Position numbers and translations under genes: made by a program. Below the pieces are notes generated by a model. It saw only the letters and a list, made by a program, of their open reading frames with translations. It made no database searches and had not been told where the DNA came from. A DNA stretch of 32,000 bases. Origin: Geobacteraceae bacterium (lineage in GTDB: Bacteria; Desulfobacterota; Desulfuromonadia; Geobacterales; Pseudopelobacteraceae). The stretch is taken from the NCBI GenBank assembly GCA_025355325.1, contig JANXZX010000233.1, positions 8,317-40,316 of the forward strand, in the 5' to 3' direction. Position 1 is the first letter of the stretch. Each line of letters starts with the position of its first letter. Shown here piece after piece: positions 25,664 to 32,000 of this stretch.

Positions 25664-26431
25664 TTACAGACCGATGATATTATAGCCGCCGTCAACGTAG
25701 TGAATCTCTCCGCTGACACCATTGGCCATATCGCTGCAGAGGTAGAGAGCCGAATTGGCTACATCTTCCTGGGTTATTGTCCGTCTGAGCGGAGCTTTTG
25801 ACTCGACGTGATTGAGGATTGCGTGAAACCCATTGACTCCTGCCGCAGCAAGGGTGCGGATCGGACCGGCTGAAATGGCATTTACCCTGATGCCTTCCGG
25901 GCCGAAGGCCTCGGACAGATAACGCACGGACGCCTCCAGCGCAGCTTTGGCAACGCCCATGATGTTGTAGCTCGGGAATACCTTCATTGCCCCGTAATAA
26001 CTGAGCGTCAGGGCGGAGCCATTCCTCCCCTGCATCATCGGCTGAGCAGCTTTCATGATCGCCAGGAAAGAGTATACGCTGATGTCCATGGCGGTGGCAA
26101 AACCTTCGCGGGTGGTATTTACGATAGTCCCTTTCAGCTCTTCCTTATTTGCAAACGCAATTGCGTGGATGACAATGTCAACCCCGTCCCATATTTTGCC
26201 CAGATCAGCAAAAACGGCATCGATCTCAGCATCACTGGTGACATTGCAGGGAAGCACGGCTGCGGCATTAACCGATTCAGCCAACGGGCGAACCCGTTTC
26301 TCAACGGTTTCGCCGGCAAATGTTATGGCAAGTTCGGCGCCCTGCTCATGAAAAAGCCGGGCGATTGCCCAGGCGATGCTCTTATCATTTGCAATGCCGA
26401 AAATTACGACTTTTTTTCCACGTAGTAACAT
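25664..26431 (-). CDS. fabI: Enoyl-[acyl-carrier-protein] reductase (NADH)
   Basis: 255 aa. GIANDKSIAW N-terminus. The Tyr-x6-Lys region (SYYGAMKVFPSYNIMGVAKAALE) is typical of FabI. Confidence 0.93.
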   Translation of the reverse strand: MLLRGKKVVIFGIANDKSIAWAIARLFHEQGAELAITFAGETVEKRVRPLAESVNAAAVLPCNVTSDAEIDAVFADLGKIWDGVDIVIHAIAFANKEELKGTIVNTTREGFATAMDISVYSFLAIMKAAQPMMQGRNGSALTLSYYGAMKVFPSYNIMGVAKAALEASVRYLSEAFGPEGIRVNAISAGPIRTLAAAGVNGFHAILNHVESKAPLRRTITQEDVANSALYLCSDMANGVSGEIHYVDGGYNIIGL

Positions 26432-26452
26432 ATTTAAAAATCCTCCAGGGTT

Positions 26453-26776
26453 CTACTCAGCGGGTGATGCTTCCCGTACTTCTCGTCTGGCGGCAGAATC
26501 GACCTGCCCACCGGTGCTATTAATTGAGTTGGGTTCGGATACATCGACAGAAGGGGGGTAGCTTATAGTGGGAGCGGCGACGCTTTGCTCAGGTACAGCC
26601 GGCCTTAGAAGGATTTCAAGATCGGTCAGCCGTTTTTCAATCCCCTCAAGAACTTCCAGAGTTCGGTCCTGCTTCCCCTTGATCGCAAATACGACGAACG
26701 GCATGATCAGCCACACCACCGCCAGAAAAAGGCTGATGATGCTCATCATTACCATAAAACCGCCAAAAATTTCCAT
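26453..26776 (-). CDS. Small single-pass membrane protein, unknown function
   Basis: 107-aa ORF with one clear TM helix (MVMMSIISLFLAVVWLIMPFVVFAI). Tightly packed between the radical SAM gene and fabI. No recognisable motif. Confidence 0.5.
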   Translation of the reverse strand: MEIFGGFMVMMSIISLFLAVVWLIMPFVVFAIKGKQDRTLEVLEGIEKRLTDLEILLRPAVPEQSVAAPTISYPPSVDVSEPNSINSTGGQVDSAARREVREASPAE

Positions 26777-26829
26777 GTCATCTCCTGCAAAAACTTAAGG
26801 GACGCTTATACCACAACCCCTTCAAAATG

Positions 26830-28353
26830 TTAAGGTGATATTTGCTGTATACCGCAAAGAAACGCGGCATGATTGGAACTGAAATGGGGTGGATCGTTCC
26901 TTACTATTGCGGCTATGGCGGGGTGGCGCTTGAATTCATTCTCCAGAAAATTTCGTACCGACCGGCGGTCCCACTCTCCGGGATGCCGAAATGCAGTGTA
27001 GAGCGAAAGATCCCCTTCGTAAAACAGTTTGTCTCCGTACTCCGCAGCCTCTTCGCCATGGAGCGGCATATTGAATACTGCCAGATTAAGAAAAGTGATG
27101 GCCTGATGGTGCCGGACAACAAACTTCAGTGTATGGCGCGCTTCCGTCAAGGTTTCACCAGGGGTTCCGAACAGCAGGTAGCAGTAAACCGAAATCCCGG
27201 CATTTTTCAGGTTGTTCAGTACCTGCGATGCCAATCCGAGATTAATTCCCTTGCCCATGCGGTCCAACACGCCCTGATCGCCCGACTCCAACCCCACCTT
27301 CAGCATTATGCATCCGGAACGCTTTAGTGAGTGGCAGAATTCCGGATCGGCCAGATGTTCGTCAATCCGTGCGAAACCGTACCAGGGAGCTATCGGCGGA
27401 TGCTCCGCAAGGGCGCACAGCAGTGAGGGGCTGATGGCGTTGTCAAGCAGATGAACCAAAACCGGTCTGGATTGTTCGACTAAAAGCTTCAGGTCCGACA
27501 ACACGTGAGAAGTTGATACAGGCCGGTATTTGTTCCCTTCGGCACGCTCCGGACAAAACGAACAGCGATTCCAGTAGCAGCCGTCAGCGGCACTGTAGGG
27601 GAGCACCAGGCCGGGAGAAAAATAGTCCTTCAGCGGCAGGGTGGAATAGTCCGGAGTGATGTGACTCCCCGGCTTGTCGGCTTTTCCCGAAAGAGCCAGC
27701 AGCGGTTCTTCACCAGGGCCGGAGATCAGGTCATCCACCAGACTTTCGAAGGGGGAACGCCAGTCGGGGCGATGCATCCAGGAGGTTACCAGGCCGCCGC
27801 CGACAACGATTCTCATGTTTGGATGACATTTTTTGATGTAGCCGATCATGGCAAACGTGCAGAGTGCCTGACTGAGGTAATTAAGCGAAAACCCGACGGC
27901 GCCGACATCGGCAAGAAGTTCCGGCAGTCTCAGGCTGAAATACGGGAAAAAAGGATTTTGTTCCGGTTCATGTGCTGCCGCGAGCAGGTCGGCACTGCGT
28001 AATGGCGAGAGAGTGGTGTGCTGGTAATCAGCCAGTCCGACGGTTGCACCACTTGCGGTGGAAGAAACAGCCAGAATACGGTTAAGATCACTGACTGCCC
28101 GTCGATATCGATCAGGCGCTTGATAGGTGGCGATGTCGCGCAGGGCGGCCAGATTACGTGACCGACCTTTACCGGCGCGGCGGCTCCAGGTGTCAGATGC
28201 GGTTACAGGTTGATGTAATAGCCAGAGTTGGCCTTCCAGATTGGCATCAAGTATATGGCATTGTTGCCCATGTGCCCGCAATGAGGCTGCCAGACGGGCT
28301 ACGCCGGCTGGCGGTTCGCACGCTTTGGCAAGTGGTGGAAATATTAGCAGCAT
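26830..28353 (-). CDS. B12-binding-domain radical SAM protein
   Basis: 507 aa. N-terminus MLLIFPPLAKACEPPAGVARLAASLRAHG is typical of the B12-binding-like domain of class B radical SAM enzymes. The cluster motif is GCYWNRCSFCPE (C259, C264, C267), i.e. CX4CX2C spacing. Confidence 0.85.
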   Translation of the reverse strand: MLLIFPPLAKACEPPAGVARLAASLRAHGQQCHILDANLEGQLWLLHQPVTASDTWSRRAGKGRSRNLAALRDIATYQAPDRYRRAVSDLNRILAVSSTASGATVGLADYQHTTLSPLRSADLLAAAHEPEQNPFFPYFSLRLPELLADVGAVGFSLNYLSQALCTFAMIGYIKKCHPNMRIVVGGGLVTSWMHRPDWRSPFESLVDDLISGPGEEPLLALSGKADKPGSHITPDYSTLPLKDYFSPGLVLPYSAADGCYWNRCSFCPERAEGNKYRPVSTSHVLSDLKLLVEQSRPVLVHLLDNAISPSLLCALAEHPPIAPWYGFARIDEHLADPEFCHSLKRSGCIMLKVGLESGDQGVLDRMGKGINLGLASQVLNNLKNAGISVYCYLLFGTPGETLTEARHTLKFVVRHHQAITFLNLAVFNMPLHGEEAAEYGDKLFYEGDLSLYTAFRHPGEWDRRSVRNFLENEFKRHPAIAAIVRNDPPHFSSNHAAFLCGIQQISP

Positions 28354-28367
28354 CCAGTGCCGGTCGG

Positions 28368-29441
28368 TTACTGGTACTGAATGTAGAGCGGTTTCGGGTT
28401 CAACTTCAGTACTTCCTGCGGTGTCAGCAACGGATCTCCCTTTTTGGTGTCATTATGATAAAAAAGCTTGAATCCGGTGTATTGAACCGGTTCTGCAACG
28501 ACATACGCCTTGTACGAATCGCGTTTCAGCCAGGGGGCTCCCCAACCATCCATATGCATGACCATCTGCACTTCAGGTCGCACTACAATACTTTTTGAAT
28601 TGGTGACGCCGTTGCGGGTAAACCGGTGCACGGTAAACACCTTAGGGGGCAGATTGTACTTTTTGACCAGATCCTTCAGGTAACCGGAAGCAAAATTTAT
28701 GTCGGCGGCATCATACGTGCCGATTTTCTTGCCCGGTTTTTTGCCGCTTTTAATCAGGTTGAATTCCGGATCGATTCCCAGATGCACGTCTGGGTTCTTG
28801 AGGATCCACTCGAAGCGCGGCAGCACCGAGCGGATATCGTCATGTCCGGTCTGAATGTCGATGAACATAACCGCTCCGGCTTCTTTGGCCCAGCCATAGA
28901 CCTGGTTAACTATGGCGTCAGGCATGATCATGCGGTACTTGCCATCCTTGCCTGGGGCTCCCTGTGCCACTACGGCAATCAGGTGCAGCGCCGGCTGGAC
29001 CGGGGTGGACGGGTCGGCAGCCTGCCATTTGGCTACTTCACCCTTCAACCGCCGGAGCATCTCGTCTTTGGGGAACTCGCCGAGCGCCCCCATCTTCTTC
29101 GAAAACGGATTGCCGTAGTACGCTACGATGCGTTTCGACGGCAGAATCGAGCCGGGCAGGGGGGCAGCGCACGGAACCGGCCAGCCGCATTGTCTGGCAT
29201 ACTCAGGGCTCTCGCCGGCTTTGTATTTTATTGCCGGAGCAGCTTTCCGCGCGGCGCTGGTCTGTGCCGCAAAAGCCGCCGCTTTTCTGGTGGCAGCAGT
29301 AGTAGATGCAAAAGCTGCATCAGCAGCCCGTTGTTTTGTGTCTTTCTGCGGCTCAATATTTTTGCTGCCGGAACACGCCGTTACAAAACAGATGACAAGG
29401 GTTGATAATAGTGCGGATAGTCCAGGTTGCCGGTATTTCAA
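28368..29441 (-). CDS. Lipoprotein of unknown function
   Basis: 357 aa. Signal peptide with lipobox (LSTLVICFVTAC). Ala-rich repeat linker (TRKAAAFAAQTSAARKAAPA). Globular C-terminal domain. Its stop is 14 nt before the radical SAM start. Confidence 0.7.
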   Translation of the reverse strand: MKYRQPGLSALLSTLVICFVTACSGSKNIEPQKDTKQRAADAAFASTTAATRKAAAFAAQTSAARKAAPAIKYKAGESPEYARQCGWPVPCAAPLPGSILPSKRIVAYYGNPFSKKMGALGEFPKDEMLRRLKGEVAKWQAADPSTPVQPALHLIAVVAQGAPGKDGKYRMIMPDAIVNQVYGWAKEAGAVMFIDIQTGHDDIRSVLPRFEWILKNPDVHLGIDPEFNLIKSGKKPGKKIGTYDAADINFASGYLKDLVKKYNLPPKVFTVHRFTRNGVTNSKSIVVRPEVQMVMHMDGWGAPWLKRDSYKAYVVAEPVQYTGFKLFYHNDTKKGDPLLTPQEVLKLNPKPLYIQYQ

Positions 29442-29492
29442 ATGGTGCTCCTTCTTTTGTATGGTGCCTTCTACAGTTTCTTGATCCGGGTA

Positions 29493-29717
29493 TTACTCGC
29501 CGGAGTCTTCGTCCGGATAATCTTCAGAATCAATAATATTTTTAACTTTGAAAATCAGATCTTCCGGCCATTCACTCATCGGAAGCCTGGTCAGGATTTT
29601 CGACTCCTCAAAGGTTAAATCAACATCATCAGGGAGCTTGTCTGTAAGTTCGGTCGCCCATCTGGTCTCATGCGCAGTTAATGGAGCCTGCAACAATTCT
29701 CTGCTTGAAGCGTTCAT
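29493..29717 (-). CDS. Small acidic hypothetical protein
   Basis: 74 aa from the ATG at 29717, preceded by GGAGG with 6-nt spacing. Acidic C-terminus (DSEDYPDEDSGE). No recognisable family. Confidence 0.45.
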   Translation of the reverse strand: MNASSRELLQAPLTAHETRWATELTDKLPDDVDLTFEESKILTRLPMSEWPEDLIFKVKNIIDSEDYPDEDSGE

Positions 29718-29867
29718 CTCAGTCCTCCATGATCGACCGCAATTATTCGAACCGCTATAAGTACAGTGAAAGCAGATTCCAGGCAAGCTCTATTTTAATA
29801 TATCATTTGACAAAAGAGCATGAAATGTGTCACCAAACCATCAATTACCCAAGAAGGAGAATCGATA

Positions 29868-30350
29868 ATGACTATATGTCCGTGCGGAAGTGGGAATTCC
29901 TATTCCGAGTGTTGTGAACAGATCGTTTCAGGCGTTCAGCCGGCCCAGACAGCCGAACAGCTTATGCGCGCCCGTTATTCGGCGTATGTTTTTGCCAAGA
30001 TGGATTTTATCTTTGAGAGCACCCACCCTGAACACCGTCAGGCGTACGATCACGCCGGTACGAAGGAGTGGGCTGAAACAGCAGAATGGCTGGGGCTGGA
30101 AATTGTCAGCACCCATAAAGGGGGAGCAGACGACTCCGTCGGAGAAGTGGAGTTCATTGCCCGTTTCATTGAGAAGGGCAATAACCGTGAACATCACGAA
30201 GCGGGTCAATTCAGGCGTAAAGATGGTCGGTGGTATTTTGCTGATGGTCACATGGTTAAACCAAAACCGATAACAGTAACCAAGGTGGGCCGCAACGACC
30301 CGTGCACCTGCGGCAGTGGCTTGAAATATAAAAAATGCTGCGGTAAATAG
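29868..30350 (+). CDS. YchJ-family protein (UPF0225) with SEC-C motifs at both termini
   Basis: ATG at 29868 after AAGGAGA. N-terminal [13 protein letters not shown] and C-terminal [17 protein letters not shown]. Confidence 0.85.
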   Translation: MTICPCGSGNSYSECCEQIVSGVQPAQTAEQLMRARYSAYVFAKMDFIFESTHPEHRQAYDHAGTKEWAETAEWLGLEIVSTHKGGADDSVGEVEFIARFIEKGNNREHHEAGQFRRKDGRWYFADGHMVKPKPITVTKVGRNDPCTCGSGLKYKKCCGK

Positions 30351-30376
30351 TGCCGTAGCGGTGCAGTGATCAAACT

Positions 30377-30407
30377 GAAAAGGCGGCTGATGAGCCGCCT
30401 TTTTTTA
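30377..30407. terminator. Bidirectional Rho-independent terminator between ychJ-like and ubiE
   Basis: GAAA-AGGCGGC-TGATGA-GCCGCCT-TTTTTTT, read directly. Confidence 0.75.
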
Positions 30408-30437
30408 TGGCTTCAAACAATCCGCAGAAGGTGTTTT

Positions 30438-31148
30438 TTACTCCTTCTCACCGACGTAGATAGTGGCAATGCCGAAGGTAAGCTCATGGAGGTGTATGTT
30501 GCGGAATCCGGCCTCGGAGATCATTCGCGAAAATTCCTCCTGGGACGGGAACTCAAGTACGGAGTCCGGCAGGTATTTATACGCATTATAGCGGGAGAAC
30601 AGTCCTCCGACAATCGGCAGCAACCGGCGGAAGTAGAAATAGTATAGCTGTCTGAACAGTTGCGAACGGGGCGTTGAAAATTCAAGTATAATCATCCGGC
30701 CGCCGGGGCTCAGAACCCGCCACATTTCGGCCAATCCCAGTTTTCTGTCAACAACGTTTCTGATGCCAAAGGCGATGGTAATTGAATCAAACGTTTCGTT
30801 GGCAAACGGCAGATCTTCGCAGGGCGCAACCTTGAAATCAATTCTGTCGGCATATGGTGATGCCGCTACCTTTGTAATCCCGAAATCAACCATCTCCTTG
30901 CAAAAATCAGCTCCGGTAATTTTAACTGAACCAGGTGTTCGCAAGGCGATCTCCAGGGCAACATCACCGGTGCCGGTTGCCACATCCAGAATCCGGGAAC
31001 CTTCACGGTATTTAAGCAGCCGGACGGCCTTTGTGCGCCAACGCCGGTCGATACCAAAGCTTAACAGCCGGTTAAGAAAATCATAGCGAGGGGCAATCGC
31101 TCCAAACATCTGCTGAATTTTTTCCCCTTTATCAGAAAGCCTGAACAT
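30438..31148 (-). CDS. ubiE: Demethylmenaquinone/ubiquinone C-methyltransferase
   Basis: 236 aa. N-terminal FGAIAPRYDFLNRLLSFGIDRRWR and SAM motif ILDVATGTGD are characteristic of UbiE/MenG. Confidence 0.9.
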   Translation of the reverse strand: MFRLSDKGEKIQQMFGAIAPRYDFLNRLLSFGIDRRWRTKAVRLLKYREGSRILDVATGTGDVALEIALRTPGSVKITGADFCKEMVDFGITKVAASPYADRIDFKVAPCEDLPFANETFDSITIAFGIRNVVDRKLGLAEMWRVLSPGGRMIILEFSTPRSQLFRQLYYFYFRRLLPIVGGLFSRYNAYKYLPDSVLEFPSQEEFSRMISEAGFRNIHLHELTFGIATIYVGEKE

Positions 31149-31267
31149 TCGTTTCCACTACCTTTTAAGAGATTTAAATGCTATAAAATCGGCGTATCTG
31201 TGTAGCACATTTTACCAGCCGTTAACCAGAAAAAACCTAACCGCATCAGTTCAGGAGCCGCTACAGA

Positions 31268-32000
31268 GTGATCCCCCCCATCCGTATTCAAGATATTGCC
31301 GATATATTGATTATGACCTTTCTGTTGTACCAGATGTACTCGTGGTTTCGCGGCACGCGAGCTATTCAGGTGTTATTGGGACTTGGAATCGTAACTCTTA
31401 TCTATTTTGCGACCCGTTTTCTGGATCTGTATATGACGAGCTGGGTACTTCAGGAGCTTGGCACGGTACTGATCATTCTCATAATTGTCGTGTTTCAGGC
31501 GGAGATCCGTCAGGCGTTATATCGCTTCAGTCTCATGCGCCATATCCTTCTTGATAGTCGCCAGGATACACAGCACAGCCAATTCCAGGAAATCGCCGAG
31601 ACTCTCTTTCGCATGGCTGCCAACAAAACCGGCGCCTTGATTGTGTTTCAGGGTAATGAGTCGTTGCAGGATCTGATGACAAACGGGGTCGTTCTTGATT
31701 GTGAGATTTCACCTCAGATGCTTGAGTCCATTTTTTATAACGGTGCGCCATTTCACGACGGGGCAGCTCTTATCAATAACGGCAGGATTGAAAAGGCCGC
31801 GTGCCACCTGCCGCTTTCAGTCAGTGCCGATGTTCCGCAACACCTCGGTACCCGTCATCGGGCGGCTCTCGGATTGTCTGAGCGGAGCGATGCGGTAATT
31901 GTTGCCATATCCGAGGAGCGCGGCGAGGTTTCTCTTGTGACAGCCGGGGCGCTGCGCCGTGTGAATACACCCACCGAGCTCATTATGGCACTGGATGAAC
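31268..32000 (+). CDS. cdaA: Diadenylate cyclase CdaA-type (5' partial, continues beyond the window)
   Basis: Not in the ORF track because it is open-ended. GTG at 31268 is preceded by AGGAG at 31253-31257. My own translation gives three N-terminal TM helices, then a DAC domain with ALIVFQG, APFHDGAALI (DGA) and GTRHRAALGLSERSDA (RHR) motifs. Confidence 0.85.
   Translation, partial: MIPPIRIQDIADILIMTFLLYQMYSWFRGTRAIQVLLGLGIVTLIYFATRFLDLYMTSWVLQELGTVLIILIIVVFQAEIRQALYRFSLMRHILLDSRQDTQHSQFQEIAETLFRMAANKTGALIVFQGNESLQDLMTNGVVLDCEISPQMLESIFYNGAPFHDGAALINNGRIEKAACHLPLSVSADVPQHLGTRHRAALGLSERSDAVIVAISEERGEVSLVTAGALRRVNTPTELIMALDE

Noticed and set aside
28626-29405. 259-aa plus-strand ORF
   Set aside because: Antisense to the lipoprotein gene, which has a bona fide signal peptide and lipobox and tight coupling to the downstream radical SAM gene. 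The plus-strand product is Arg/Gly-rich nonsense.

Overview
This 32-kb chromosomal window resembles a Desulfuromonadales/Geobacter-like deltaproteobacterium. That is an inference from the DapL-type lysine pathway, an Isf-like flavoprotein and B12/radical-SAM genes, and cannot be verified here. Most of it is densely packed housekeeping DNA. In order: dapA-dapB-[MNT/HEPN]-dapL, a GGDEF cyclase, tag and trmB. Then a DUF4212 + sodium:solute symporter operon with a DUF294-like protein and a TIM-barrel protein, a TonB-like protein and cbiA/cobB. Then tRNA-Arg(ACG), HNH + HAD, an isochorismatase-like gene, an Isf-like flavoprotein, tpx, Nudix, GT2, DUF2288 and a YceH-like gene. Finally hflX, fabI, a B12-radical SAM + lipoprotein pair, ychJ-like, ubiE/menG, and the 5' part of a diadenylate cyclase (cdaA, open-ended and absent from the ORF track). 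Two more AT-rich accessory patches stand out. (i) At the left edge (40-2613) is a single 857-aa HD + Hsp90-like GHKL ATPase fusion. I cannot assign it to a named system and consider it the best candidate for an undescribed conflict/defence gene; its island runs off the window. (ii) A ~2.6-kb degraded islet lies between cbiA and tRNA-Arg (15377-18018). It holds an IS3-type OrfA remnant, an orphan 360-aa nucleotidyltransferase-fold protein, a (GATGAGG)n heptamer array, and a vapBC-like cassette (toxin frameshifted) bracketed by imperfect direct repeats. I saw no CRISPR array, rRNA, intact transposase or integrase. All family assignments come from motif recognition by eye and need HMM confirmation.
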